From: Streptococcus sp.
GTDB taxonomy: Bacteria; Bacillota; Bacilli; Lactobacillales; Streptococcaceae
Reading direction: 5' to 3'
NCBI GenBank assembly: GCA_003521145.1
Contig: DOTL01000006.1
Span: 2,018 to 66,017, forward strand
DNA length: 64,000 bases
Positions 52,190 to 63,622 of the stretch are shown in pieces. Made by a program: the position numbers and the translations under genes. Positions within the stretch are counted from its first letter, which is position 1, and each line of letters opens with the position of its first letter. The notes under the pieces are model-generated. The model saw only the letters and a program-made list of their open reading frames with translations. It had not been told where the DNA came from and did no database searches.

Positions 52190-53184
52190 TTAGAGCTCCT
52201 TTTGGTAGAAGCGACGGATAATATCCTCGATATCCGTATCTGTCATCTTCAAATCGCGGATTTCAAAATCAGAAAGGGTTTGCTTGATAATATCGGCTGA
52301 CTGGTAGCGTGAACTATCGAATTCAATGTTTGAGGCTATTCCCCTGTCTATCAATAATGATTTCAGGCAAGCCTTCATAGTGAGAGACGAGATGATTTTG
52401 ACCTGGTAGCAATTCAAAGGAGAGAGTCTTCATCTTGCCAAAAGTTTCCTTGAGTTGGCTCACCGTTCCATCAAAAATCTCCTGCCCCTTGTCAATCATA
52501 AAAATTCGATCACAGGGTTGCTCTATATCACTTAGGTCATGAGTGGTCAAGAGAATGGTTGTTTTTTCCTCCTGATTGATCTGGGTAATAGCCCGACGAA
52601 TGTTATCCTAGACCGAAACGTCCAAACCAATGGTCGGCTCATCTAAAAAGAGCACCTTGGGAGTGTAAATCAAGGAAGCTGCAATATCCGCCCGCATCCG
52701 TTGACCCAGTGAAAGAGTCCGAACAGGATCCTTGATAAATTCCTTCAAATCCAAGACTTCATTCAAAAAGTCCATTCGCTTATGGAAGAGCGAGTCTGGC
52801 ACATCGTAAATCTCCTTCAAAACCGTGTAAGTCTCTTGCAATTCCAAATCCCACCATAATTGGGTTCGTTGCCCAAAAATAACTCCAATGTCCTTGACAT
52901 AATCTTGACGATTGTCCTGCGGAATCTTGCCATTAATCCGACAAAAACCAGATGTCGGTTTCAAAATTCCTGTCAGCATTTTAATGGTGATCGACTTCCT
53001 AGGACCATTTGCCCCTATAAAACCTAGAATCTGCCCCTTTGGCACCTCAAAAGTCAAATCCTTGACCGCTTCAAAGGTCTGCTTTTTAGGATGAATAAAG
53101 GAACGCAAAGCCTTCCTTCAAAACCGGTTCCTTAACAGTCTTAACAAAATTTTTCTGAAGATATTTCACTTCTATCATTGCCAT
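52190..53184 (-). pseudogene. ABC ATPase (DrrA-like), fragmented
   Basis: ATG at 53184, frameshifts, TAG at 52608, degenerate Walker A GANGPRKS. Confidence 0.88.
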
Positions 53185-53621
53185 ATCTATCTCCTAAAGT
53201 AAAAAATCAACAAATCGTGTCATCTAACACAAAAGGCCGATTCCTCATCTCCTAAAATCTGCCTTCTTTCTCACAGAGAAGGCCTCAGTGTGACTCTATT
53301 ATAAAGCAGTTAAGAAGGAAACCAAGTATTATTCTCACAAAAGAGAAAATAGTTTTGACACTTGAAAAAACAAAAAAGTCTGTCTAAAAAGACAGACTCA
53401 TAATGTAGGATATAAAGCATTTATAGGAAAACATCCTTGGAGGTATATGAAACTGAAGGATTGGTGTATAAAAAACAAATCTTTTAGCCAACAAGTCAGT
53501 ATTAGAGTTGACTTTGGAACTCTTCCAAGGAAGTTTCACTTAAAAATACTTCACTCTCACTAATTAATCTAATTTCAATTTTTAATTTAATCATAATGAT
53601 AGAAAATTTACCTACTTCTCC

Positions 53622-54224
53622 TCACCCCAGCCAGTCTTTTTCTTCGGCAATGCGGACGGCTTCTGTTCGATTGCCTACATCGAGTTTAGTCAGGATGGCT
53701 GTCATGTAATTTCGGACAGTTCCATTTGAAAGAAAGAGGCTTTCAGCGATTTCTTGGTTGGTTGAACCTTGGACAACCATGGCCAAGACTTCTTGTTCAC
53801 GTTGACTGAGTGGATTATTGTCAAAGGCGACACCTTCGACAAGCGCTGGTGAGTACTCCTTTTGACCTGCTAGGACGGTATGGATGGTCGCCATAAGGTC
53901 ACTGATGGAACGCTCTTTGAGCACATAGGCATCCACCTGGGCTGCCAGGGCTCGTTTAAAATAGCCTTTACGTTTGAAGGTGGTCACAATAACGACCTTC
54001 GTTTCTCTTTGGTTGGCACGGATCCACTCTAGGACATCAAGGCCTGTCTTGATTGGCATTTCAATGTCTAAAATGGCTACGTCGACCTCTTCTTTTTCCA
54101 AGAGGGCAATGGCTTCTTGGCCATCACTGGCCGCATGGATCTCTTCAACATCGTCCTCCAGCATGAGGAGTTGGCAGAGGGCATCCCTCAACATTGACTG
54201 GTCTTCGGCAACTAATAATTTCAT
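53622..54224 (-). CDS. NarL-family response regulator (DesR-like)
   Basis: AEDQ and LDIEMP motifs; LuxR HTH LSQRE...GTVRNY. Confidence 0.92.
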   Translation of the reverse strand: MKLLVAEDQSMLRDALCQLLMLEDDVEEIHAASDGQEAIALLEKEEVDVAILDIEMPIKTGLDVLEWIRANQRETKVVIVTTFKRKGYFKRALAAQVDAYVLKERSISDLMATIHTVLAGQKEYSPALVEGVAFDNNPLSQREQEVLAMVVQGSTNQEIAESLFLSNGTVRNYMTAILTKLDVGNRTEAVRIAEEKDWLG

Positions 54225-55321
54225 GCTTTTCCTCCCTCTTTCAAATGCACGCGAATGATTGTTGGATACGATTGAGACAGAATTTTCAAATCTCCATCTA
54301 CTAAACTGAGGCGATCTCTGATACTATGTAGCTCTTGTCCTGTGACTTCCTCAAAGCCACAACCATCATCCTCAAACTCTAAAACAATCCCATAATGACG
54401 ACTTAGACGAATCTGACAGCTATCAGCTTGGCTATGTTTAATGACATTATTGGCCAGTTCACGAAGTACCATAGATAGGGTAGACTGAGTAACTGGTGAC
54501 AGGCTGTCTAAGTCAAGACTGCTGTCCACAGTCAAGACGACATCAGATAGGTCAAAGAGCCGCTCAAGTTCTAGCAACTCCTCAGCTATCGTTCGGTACT
54601 TGAGCTGATTGACAATCTCACGCACCTCGTACATGGAGTCACGGCTAATCTGGTTCAATTCTTCCAGATTCTTTCTAGCAGCATCATACTGCTCCTTATC
54701 CATCTGTTTTAGAGCCAACTCGGTTTTGAGACTCATCATGGCAAAGGTGTGTCCTAAAGTATCGTGCAAATCACGACCAATACGATTGCGTTCATTTTCA
54801 GCGGATAGGATATTGATGGAACGATTCTTCTCTGCAAGTGCTTCCTCCATCTTTCTCTCCTGACGCATACGGTTTTGAAAATAGTACATTCCCAAAGAAA
54901 AGAGGATAATAACCATAGAGATGAGGTGGGTGCTCAAATCGTCTGTCAATAGAAAGGATGATGACGTCAAAATCAACAGTGTCGCTAGAAAGGATAAGAA
55001 GCGATAAGATGATACGCTATCCTCAAAGCGCCAAACGAGAAGATTGACGTTGAAAAAAACAAACCACATCATGCCCCCCTGGAAGGTCATGGACATAAAG
55101 ATAATGTAAGCTAGAGTGTAAAACCACAGAAAGGGGATCCACTTGCTATAGGCTTTTTTCAAATACACCATAAGAAGATAGGAGATGGTAAACAGTCCTG
55201 TCAAAACCAAGGTCCAAACTGGAAAATAGCCACCAAAAACTCCCAATACTGGGAAGACTAGGAAAATCAGACTAACAAAATAAGCGAAATCAAATTTCTG
55301 GTAAGTTCTAAACATTGTCAC
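54221..55321 (-). CDS. HisKA_3 sensor kinase (DesK-like)
   Basis: About five TM segments; [21 protein letters not shown] and DDGCG motifs. Confidence 0.92.
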   Translation of the reverse strand: MTMFRTYQKFDFAYFVSLIFLVFPVLGVFGGYFPVWTLVLTGLFTISYLLMVYLKKAYSKWIPFLWFYTLAYIIFMSMTFQGGMMWFVFFNVNLLVWRFEDSVSSYRFLSFLATLLILTSSSFLLTDDLSTHLISMVIILFSLGMYYFQNRMRQERKMEEALAEKNRSINILSAENERNRIGRDLHDTLGHTFAMMSLKTELALKQMDKEQYDAARKNLEELNQISRDSMYEVREIVNQLKYRTIAEELLELERLFDLSDVVLTVDSSLDLDSLSPVTQSTLSMVLRELANNVIKHSQADSCQIRLSRHYGIVLEFEDDGCGFEEVTGQELHSIRDRLSLVDGDLKILSQSYPTIIRVHLKEGGKA

Positions 55322-56045
55322 TTTCTCTGTAAGATTTGATAAAAAGGGCTAAGCCTGTAGCTATTGTAGCATAGACCAAGATAAAAATGAGTGATTTCCA
55401 TGAAAATTCCCCTTTTTTCGCAAAATTGACCACCAATTGATTGATATGATAGATGGGTGTCCACCCAGAAATGTGCTGAACCCATTTTGGAAACATGGTT
55501 ACTGGCATCCAAGAGCCACCGATAATAGCAAGTCCAAGAAAGACGATATTTCCGACGATAGCCATGATTTGTTGAGACTTAATTAGGGCTAGTAGTAAGC
55601 CAAAGGATAGGAAGACTAGACTTGACAAGAGTAAAAGAGCACCTGAACCGAGCCAATGTGATAATGGCATCTTAACATCACGCACAAAAGCTCCTACACA
55701 GAAGGTTACGATGATAGCAACCATAAAGTTCATAAGAACTCTGAAAACTTTTGATAGGTAGTAGGTCTGAATACTTATTTTTGAATGTTCGATGTAGGTT
55801 AACCAATGCTCCGTTTGATCCTCTCTAAGCATGTAGGGAAAGGTAAAGAAACCAAAGCTGGACATAGAGAATCCTGTCATCGTCAACATATAAGACAAGA
55901 TAAAGGCTTTTTGTGACTCTGGGTCAGGACTCATTTCCATACCTGAATACAAGAGGAAGAATCCGATAGGCATTCCGATAGACATGATAAAGACGGGCCA
56001 ACTGCGCCATGTTTTTATCCATTCGATTTTAAGTAGTGCTTTCAT
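55308..56045 (-). CDS. ABC-2 type permease (YvfS-like)
   Basis: About six TM segments; GGSWMP...P...Q...WTP. Confidence 0.88.
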   Translation of the reverse strand: MKALLKIEWIKTWRSWPVFIMSIGMPIGFFLLYSGMEMSPDPESQKAFILSYMLTMTGFSMSSFGFFTFPYMLREDQTEHWLTYIEHSKISIQTYYLSKVFRVLMNFMVAIIVTFCVGAFVRDVKMPLSHWLGSGALLLLSSLVFLSFGLLLALIKSQQIMAIVGNIVFLGLAIIGGSWMPVTMFPKWVQHISGWTPIYHINQLVVNFAKKGEFSWKSLIFILVYATIATGLALFIKSYRESDNV

Positions 56046-56923
56046 GACTTGTCCTCCCTTGTGCTATCAAATAAGCTATCTAAAAGTGTTTTGTTTTGAA
56101 TTTCAATGTCAGAAATGAGACAGCCGTGAGCTTGTAAACTACTCCATATACTTTCAATATCTTTAGTCATAAAGGTTACAACATCACGTTTTTCAGTCAC
56201 ATCATAAATGGCTGCCAGTTTGTCAAGACTTGGAGCAAAGCGACTTGCTAAAGTGACTTGTTTTTCCTTTTCCTCGCTACGCATGGCATGTGGCGTAGTA
56301 TCCCTGATGAGTCTCCCCTGATGAAGGACCAAAATGCGATCAGCTGTGTGCTCGACTTCTTCGATATAGTGAGACGAATAAAGAATGGTTACACCTGACT
56401 TTTTAAGATCATTGATGATTTCCCAGAAACGTTGGCGTGTCGTAGTATCCATCCCTGCTGTCGGCTCGTCTAAAAAGAGAATGTCAGGCTTGCCAATTAG
56501 ACAGAGGACAAAGGCAAGAAGACGTTTTTGTCCCCCTGAGAGTTTGTCCGCAAACTGCTGATACTGGTCGTCTTTGAATTGTAAGAGTGCTTGAATCTCT
56601 ACTTTAGATAATCCATTCTCAGAAATATCTTGGAAAAAAGTAATCAATTCCCTAACTCTTAATTGTGAAGGAATAGTATTTTCTTGAAGGAGAACCGCAA
56701 TTTGATCTTGCGCTTTCCCCTTTTTGCCCTTGATAAAGACTTGACCGCTACTGGCTTTCTTGTCACCGAGAACGCAGGACATTAAGGTCGTTTTACCAGA
56801 ACCATTGGGCCCAATTAAAGCAAGACAATCGCCTTGTCCCACCTCAAAGCTAATATGGTCTAAAATCGTTTTTCCTCTGATTTTTTTGACAAGATTTGTG
56901 ACTTGAAGGATTGCTTCACTCAT
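56042..56923 (-). CDS. ABC ATPase (YvfR-like)
   Basis: GPNGSGKTT, LSGGQ and DEPTAGMD motifs. Confidence 0.92.
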   Translation of the reverse strand: MSEAILQVTNLVKKIRGKTILDHISFEVGQGDCLALIGPNGSGKTTLMSCVLGDKKASSGQVFIKGKKGKAQDQIAVLLQENTIPSQLRVRELITFFQDISENGLSKVEIQALLQFKDDQYQQFADKLSGGQKRLLAFVLCLIGKPDILFLDEPTAGMDTTTRQRFWEIINDLKKSGVTILYSSHYIEEVEHTADRILVLHQGRLIRDTTPHAMRSEEKEKQVTLASRFAPSLDKLAAIYDVTEKRDVVTFMTKDIESIWSSLQAHGCLISDIEIQNKTLLDSLFDSTREDKS

Positions 56924-57095
56924 GTTTGTGACTCCCTTTCTTTTGATAGAAGGCTAGAAAAACATAACAAGCTGCAACAGATACGCCCATAACACTATAG
57001 AGAATATCACTGCTGCCATGAAGTAAGACATAAGCAAAGAGGATGGTCCAAATTGCTGCTAGAAGCATGATGCTTAGTATTTTCAATAGTTTCAT
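56916..57095 (-). CDS. 59-aa two-TM membrane protein (not in the ORF track)
   Basis: AGGAGG RBS; MKLLKILSIMLLAAIWTILFAYVLLHGSSDILYSVMGVSVAACYVFLAFYQKKGSHKHE*, overlapping the ATPase start. Confidence 0.7.
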   Translation of the reverse strand: MKLLKILSIMLLAAIWTILFAYVLLHGSSDILYSVMGVSVAACYVFLAFYQKKGSHKHE

Positions 57096-57105
57096 GCTGG
57101 GCCTC

Positions 57106-57315
57106 CTAGTTTTTTAAATCATTTATGACAAGGTCGATAAAACTTTTAGCCATAGTGATGAGAATGTAGGCTGAGATAGACAAGCCAATAATCATGCCCA
57201 AATTTGAGAAGATAGCTTCAAAATTGCCTTTTTCAAAGATGTCAGTAAACATGCTAAGTCCAGCAAAGACAGTTCCGATGACAGCGTAGATAAGGTAAGA
57301 TGTTTTGATTTTCGT
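57106..57315 (-). pseudogene. 69-aa two-TM membrane protein with ACG in the start position
   Basis: GAAAGAGG RBS followed by ACG AAA ATC AAA; hydrophobic frame open to 57106. Confidence 0.55.
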
Positions 57316-57395
57316 GAGATGACCTCTTTCGTTTTTTATTATTTCTAAGTTATGACTAAAGTATATCTTTTTGGTCATTCTCTTTTTAGCACCAG

Positions 57396-57424
57396 ATGTC
57401 ATGACATGGCATGACATTTGTCAT
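57396..57424. promoter_or_regulatory. DesR-type binding sites
   Basis: ATGACA-TT-TGTCAT at 57411-57424 and ATGTCATGACAT at 57396-57407. Confidence 0.7.
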
Positions 57425-57535
57425 GTGACGTAAAGGTAAGAAAAAGGAGCTGACCTTTCAGTCAACTCTAACTTGAGTTATAAGCAAAAGAAGGTTCATC
57501 CGTCATTTTGACACTACTCGTTTCTAGCCAAGAAA

Positions 57536-58486
57536 TTATAATTTCAAGGCCAACATGTTAACCGTCATACCTGCTGCTGTTCCCAAAAGGTAGACGACAT
57601 CTCCTTCTTTAACTAAGCCATGATCTAATGAGTAAGCTAAACCAAATGGAACAGATACAGAAACCATATTACCATAGTCAGTAACTATGTTAAGATATTG
57701 ATCTTCAGCAATACTAAGTTTATCCATTACCAAAGATAAGGCGCGACTAGCTTGATGGGGAATGATGTAGTCCACATCCGCAAGAGCCAAGTGAGTTTTC
57801 TCTTGGAATTCTTGGAACATATCAGGAAGCTTATGCGCTGATAAAAGGAGAATCTTCTTGCCCTTCATATCAAACATAAAGTCCGTTTTTGTCTTTTCTG
57901 AATATTTTTTAGGATGGTAAGAAGTCAAACCTCCACGGATTTCAGTATCATGAGCACCTTCTGACCAGGTATGTTGTAGACTTGCAATAACCCCTTTGTC
58001 TTGAGAACTTGCTTGGAAAATAAAGGCTGCTGCTCCGTCACTAAAGAGTTCAAAACTTTCTTTTTGTTTCAGATTGAGACCCAGACTTCCGACCTCACTA
58101 GATACAATCAAGACACGATGGTATTCACCAGCTTCAATCAAGTAGGACATTGTTGATAAAGCTGAGATAAAACTTGTACAAGTCGTATTGATATCCATGG
58201 CTGGGATGGCAAGTCCTTTTGCCACGCGCTCATGAATCAAGGCTGCAGTACAAGGAATAGGCTGCACACCAACTGCACTGGCTGAGACAAGACAATCAAT
58301 GTCATCAATTTTCAAATTGGCATTTTCAAGAGCTCGTTGGATAGCCACTTCGGCCAAATCCAACTGTGTTTCTTCATCTTCTACAACACGATAACGTGTT
58401 TGATTTTTGAATTGTACGGTTTGTTTTGGAAGACAAACTCCATAACCTGCGATTTCGACATGTCTTTTTACTTCTGTCATTGTCAT
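57536..58486 (-). CDS. 3-oxoacyl-ACP synthase III-like protein
   Basis: Cys-His-Asn triad (NTTCTS, PHQAS, YGN). Confidence 0.85.
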   Translation of the reverse strand: MTMTEVKRHVEIAGYGVCLPKQTVQFKNQTRYRVVEDEETQLDLAEVAIQRALENANLKIDDIDCLVSASAVGVQPIPCTAALIHERVAKGLAIPAMDINTTCTSFISALSTMSYLIEAGEYHRVLIVSSEVGSLGLNLKQKESFELFSDGAAAFIFQASSQDKGVIASLQHTWSEGAHDTEIRGGLTSYHPKKYSEKTKTDFMFDMKGKKILLLSAHKLPDMFQEFQEKTHLALADVDYIIPHQASRALSLVMDKLSIAEDQYLNIVTDYGNMVSVSVPFGLAYSLDHGLVKEGDVVYLLGTAAGMTVNMLALKL

Positions 58487-58503
58487 TCATCCTTTCATAA
58501 ACG

Positions 58504-59215
58504 CTAAATCCGTTTGAGTTTTCGACTGGTATCCCAATGATATTCGGAAAAATGGATCTTCGGAACCTTAAAATGCTTTTGCTGCGCCAAGAGTTGAAAC
58601 TGAGCTGTGATAGCTTCTTCTACTTGCTCGTCTCGTTGGCTTAGACAGACTTCAACAATCTGATCTGAATGTTGCTTGACTTGATAGTCTCCAATATTTT
58701 CCACAAAGAGAATACAACGCCTGATAAAATCAGGATAGATTGTCACCTGTCCTCCATCCTGACCTTCAAAGTAAAAGATATCATCGGAGCGACCTTCGAC
58801 CTTATCAATCCTTGTATAATGAGAAACACATGGACAAGGTTCAGGATTTTCAACCAAGATATCATTAAGTTTGTAAAGGTAAACAGGTTGACTGTTTCGC
58901 TTGAAATCCGTTATCATGGGTAGCTTAAAAGCACTCGAGATGCGAATTCTATCACTATCCTCTAAAATTTCTGCTACAGAGACAATTTTTTTCGGTGAGA
59001 TAGACAAGTCTCTTGCCTTAAGAGGCTTGCTCAACTCTATCAGTATGGAAGCTGGTGCCACAACAATTGTCGGTTGATAATGATTAAGACGTTCAATATG
59101 TTCATCAGTATTTTTAAAAATATCGAAGTATTCTAATCGTATAAATGCCGTATTGATAGTCTGGTAGAGTTCATTATCTGATCTAAGGAAAAAGGCAACT
59201 CGGTGCGTACAACAC
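58504..59215 (-). pseudogene. 3' fragment of an adenylate-forming (PaaK/F390 synthetase-like) enzyme
   Basis: AFFLRSDNELY, SVAEIL, ITDF, NDIL, PCPC and EGRSDD motifs; N-terminus absent and an apparent internal deletion. Confidence 0.75.
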
Positions 59216-59402
59216 ATCCTTTGTAATGCACACTGATTTTTCGGAGCCAAAGGGTATCACCTTTATCAAGTGTATTAAAATCACTTGGGCTGACGAAAAA
59301 ATTACGTTTTGCGTCACCCACCTTAACGACTAGGGAGTGGTTGGTACTTGTTCTTGGTGCCTTGGCAATTCGCTTTCCAGTGATGACACCTACAACCTTA
59401 GA

Positions 59403-60161
59403 TTAGTCCTCTCTATAATAACCCATCTTGGTTAAAATAAAGAGAAGAAATTTATCCGTTAGTATCCAAATACCTGCAGAAAGAGCAAGTGCAAAAAAGA
59501 TAAATATTCCCGTCACCAAGCCTAGACTTCCACTCTCACGCCCACTATCAAACCAGAGATGTAAACCTTTCTCATTTCCAAAATACAGCAGAAAGGGTTG
59601 TAAAAAACTGCTCTTCAACAATCTGAAGAAAACTATCCTGCTTTTCAATATCTAAATCTTCTTTTAAAACAGAATCTTCGCTAGTCCTTGAATGAGGCTC
59701 ACTATGATTGAACGTTTCATGAGTATCTGACAAAGCTAGCTCATCTCCAGTTGCTTTTGCTCTTCTTCAGCATCTACCTGCTGAACCTCATATTCAGTCA
59801 CTTGCTCGTCGTTGACTTTTTCAGTCGCATAATCTGTTAGCTCAAGTTCATCAATGCTTTCTTGCTCTTGAACAGACTCGCTACTATCTGCATCTTGTTT
59901 AAAGGAAGCTTCTAGCTGAGAGGCAGACACCATCCCAACCATACTGCCATCGACCTGTTTATAGCCTATGACGGCACTCATCTCCTCATTTCCAGAATGC
60001 GATTTTTGCCAGGCAAGGGCCTCTTGATAAGCCTTTTGTAGGCGTTGGAAATTTTCAGGATCATCCTCAGAGTGATAGACCTTACTCTGTTTGGCATAGG
60101 CTCTCTTGATGTCTTTAAGATTATTGGTTGGTTGAATGCCCAAAATCGACCAAAAATTCAT
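59403..60161 (-). pseudogene. J-domain membrane protein, disrupted
   Basis: WSILGI...IKRAYAK...YHSEDD J-domain; stop at 59736; TM tail in the 59403-59648 ORF. Confidence 0.7.
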
Positions 60162-60164
60162 GCG

Positions 60165-61942
60165 TCATCTTCTATCTCCAGAAATTAGGGTCATCAGACC
60201 TATCAAAGGGGGCTCATCAGTTTCCTCATGGTCAGCTTCTTCTTTACGGAAAATATCCAAATCATCTAGTGACACGATATTCTCAATGCTATCAAGATAA
60301 GCTTGGTAGCGTTTCACAATCTCTTTTCGCTTCTTGATATTGTTAATAGCCAACTGATAGCCTTTTAAAATCTTCTATTTGCCACAAAAAATGTAGTTGC
60401 ATCTTATAAGGCATTTCCATGACTAAATGATAAGCCCGCTCAGACTGCGTTTTAAAGTCGGCCTCAAAGGATAATTGATCAGAGACAAGCTTGATATTCT
60501 CCAGATGCTCACTCTTGTCGACCTCTTCGATTTTACTTTGACTACCAATCCGATAGGTCTTGGTTTCACCTGTTGACCCTAGTTTCACTTCTATATAAAG
60601 CATAGAATTTATATAGTAAGTAAAGGTAGTCTTAAATGTCTCTGACTTACTAGCGTTACCTGGAACATCGATAACAAACTCATCCAAAAAGAAGTTTGCC
60701 TCAGGGTCAAGTGATTCTCCCTGATAAATCATAAAACGACATTGTCTCTGTCCCCGACTGGCATAATAATATTTGCTGGCTGAGGTTCGAAGAACAGACA
60801 ACTTATTAATGACCTTTGAAAAGATATTCTTATTAAAATCTGAATCATAGGCACTGACTCTCAACGAGAAGGGACAAATATCTGTAATCACCAAATCTTT
60901 GACCTTTTCTTGACGCTCTTTGACAGCTAAATAAGTCCCCAAACCACTCGCAACCAACTCATCCATATCCTTCAAACGCTTGATAGGAAAATTGAGAAGA
61001 TTCGTGATATAAGATTGAACCAAAGGCATCATGCTAGACCCACCGACCAAGATAAAGGCATCCAGCGCATGAGCCCTGTAGCCACTACCACTCACTGCCC
61101 CTTCCAATGACTTTCTTAACACGATCAAGAACAGGTTGAATAATGGACTTAAGCTCAGCTTGAGTGTATTGTTTCATGTAATATTGGTCATCGTAGGTCT
61201 AGGAGACTGCAGCCACTTTTTCCTTTTGTAGCTTGAGCTTGCAACGTTCTGCAGACAAGAGGAGACTAGACTTTTGCTTCGTATCCAACTTCTCCAAATC
61301 AATCTCTTGAGACTGACAAAAATCTTCAGCAATAGCCTTATCAAAGTCACTACCACCCAAGAAGTTATCACTCGCAATGGAAACAATTGAAATCACATTA
61401 TCAAAGCAATCAACCACAGAAACATCAAGCATTCCTCCTCCAAAGTCGAAGACGGTGAAAGATTCGTCCTTACCAATCTTGTGACAAGCAATGGCAGCCG
61501 CAGAAGGCTCGTTAATCAATCGTTCCGCCTTAATGCCCAATCGTTGTCCGATAGCCTTGGTCACAGAGCGTTGCTTCTCGTTAAAATAAGCTGGCACACT
61601 AATAAGTATATTATCTACCTTTTCACCTAAGTAACTCTCCACATCTGCTACTAATTGTTTAACCACCAAAGTTGACAAATCCTTTGCCTAGAAAGCTTCC
61701 CCATCAAGGTAAAATATTTCATTGGTTCCCATTGAATGTCTAAAGAGTTGGGCCGTATTCTTAGGGTCAGTCACTAAGCGTTCCTTCGCAATTTTTCCAA
61801 CCGTCAAAACATCATCCGACACATGGACCACGCTAGGTGTCAAATACTCGCCAAAATCATTTGGAATCAGCTTAACCTCACCATCACGATAGGTAACCGC
61901 TAGACTGTTAGTCGTCCCCAAATCAATACCAATTGTTGCCAT
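60165..61942 (-). pseudogene. HscC/Hsc62-like Hsp70, fragmented
   Basis: IGIDLGTTNS, SVPAYF, NEPSAAA, FDFGGG and LVGGSS motifs spread over four ORFs; TAG at 61688 and 61199 plus frameshifts. Confidence 0.88.
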
Positions 61943-62079
61943 AACATTCTCCTAAACTGCTTTTGTCCTTCCATTATAACATATTCAAAAATCTCCTTTT
62001 TCATAAGGAGGTAAAAACTTAAGACTAGAGATCATCTTTATAGTAAAAAAGCCAACCCAAGGTCAGCTTTTCATCTATC

Positions 62080-63018
62080 TTAATGACTATTTTTTGAATG
62101 GTTCTTCCACCATGATGAGAGGATGGAACCTGAGATGTTGTGCCAAATACTGAAGATGGTTGATGGAATCGCAGCTTGTGGCACGAAATATTTCATGGCA
62201 AGGGTTGCTCCAATACTTGAGTCTTGCATCCCCACTTCGAAGGTAATGGCTTTTTGTTGTGGTTCTTCCAAACCAAGGATTTTTGAAAATGCAAAACCAA
62301 GGGCATAGCCACAAAGATTATGGAGCATGACAACTGGGATGACAAGGGCTGTCGCTGCTGTGAAAATATTGGCATGGTTGGCAGAAACAACTGCTCCAAC
62401 AATCAAGAGAATGGCAGCCTGTGAAATCAACAGCATGATTTTGATGATGGCATCGATTTTCTTACCAAAGATTGAGTGAACGAGTATACCCAAGATAATA
62501 GGGACAACCACGATACGCAAGGTACTTAGGAAGAGGCTTTGGGCAGGGACACTAACGTACTGACCAGCCAAGAATGACAAAAGGGTTGGAATCATGAGTG
62601 GTGCCAAGAGAGTTGAAAGGGTTTCAATAGAGACATCCAAGGCAACATCCCCACCTGAAAGGAAGGCCATAACACTAGATGAAGTCCCACTTGGACAAGA
62701 CCCAACAAGGATAACCCCTGTTGCTGTCGCACCCTTAAGATGAAAAATAATACAAAGTAACCAAGCCAAACCAGGCATAATGACATAGTGGGCAACGGTC
62801 CCAAGAACAACTGGAATTGGACGCTTAGCAATACGTTTAAAATCTTCAGTTGTCAAGGTAAGCCCCATACCAAAGAGAATCAGACCAAGCAAGTAGGCCG
62901 TATTGGGAATGACCCAACTACTTGTTGCTGGAAAGGCGTAGTTAAAGACAGCCCAGAGAATAACAGCTGCAGTAAACCATTTGCTGAGCCATTTACTAAA
63001 AGATACAAGTGAATCCAT
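62080..63018 (-). CDS. Bile acid:sodium symporter family transporter (PanS-like)
   Basis: FGMGLTL, CPSGTSS, FEVGMQDS and FSIWHN motifs. Confidence 0.88.
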   Translation of the reverse strand: MDSLVSFSKWLSKWFTAAVILWAVFNYAFPATSSWVIPNTAYLLGLILFGMGLTLTTEDFKRIAKRPIPVVLGTVAHYVIMPGLAWLLCIIFHLKGATATGVILVGSCPSGTSSSVMAFLSGGDVALDVSIETLSTLLAPLMIPTLLSFLAGQYVSVPAQSLFLSTLRIVVVPIILGILVHSIFGKKIDAIIKIMLLISQAAILLIVGAVVSANHANIFTAATALVIPVVMLHNLCGYALGFAFSKILGLEEPQQKAITFEVGMQDSSIGATLAMKYFVPQAAIPSTIFSIWHNISGSILSSWWKNHSKNSH

Positions 63019-63162
63019 AGTGCAACCTTCTTTCTATTTTCATGATATGGTATAGCACTTTCATTTTGAATTTCAAGATATGTTTGGAATTTTCTGAAAT
63101 TTATTTCAAAAAGAATAAACCATCGCACTTGAATGGCGATAGCTTAGAGATTTCTATAAACT

Positions 63163-63612
63163 TTAAACCTTGTCTTTCGACTTCTCTTCAAACTGCTGAG
63201 CCCGTTCTTCTCCCCACCACAGTGGTAACAATTCCCCCAGAGTGATGGTTTGACGTGTTTCGTAGTCAACCATAAACTCAAAGTTACGATTGTCAGGATG
63301 GAGCTCCATTAAAAATTCTCGACAGGCTCCACAAGGCATACCAGACGGTCCACCGTGAGGTGGCTAGTCTCGAAAGGCAATAATACGCTTAACTTTGGTC
63401 TGACTAGTCTCTTGATACATATAAAAAAGGGCAGCTCTTTCGGCACAAATATGGAAAACACCACAAGTCCCTTCCATACAAAAGCCTGTGAAAATTTGTC
63501 CATCTTCAGCCTCCACCGTAGCCACGACATGCTTAGCATAGACAAAGTCTGAGACTTCCTGTGGCTGATACAAAGCTTGAGCCTGTTCATACATTTTCTG
63601 CCAAATATCCAT
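63163..63612 (-). pseudogene. Cytidine deaminase-like gene split by an in-frame TAG
   Basis: CAE motif before and PCGACRE motif after the TAG at 63364-63366; frame continues to TAA at 63163. Confidence 0.85.
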
Positions 63613-63622
63613 TATTTTTCCT

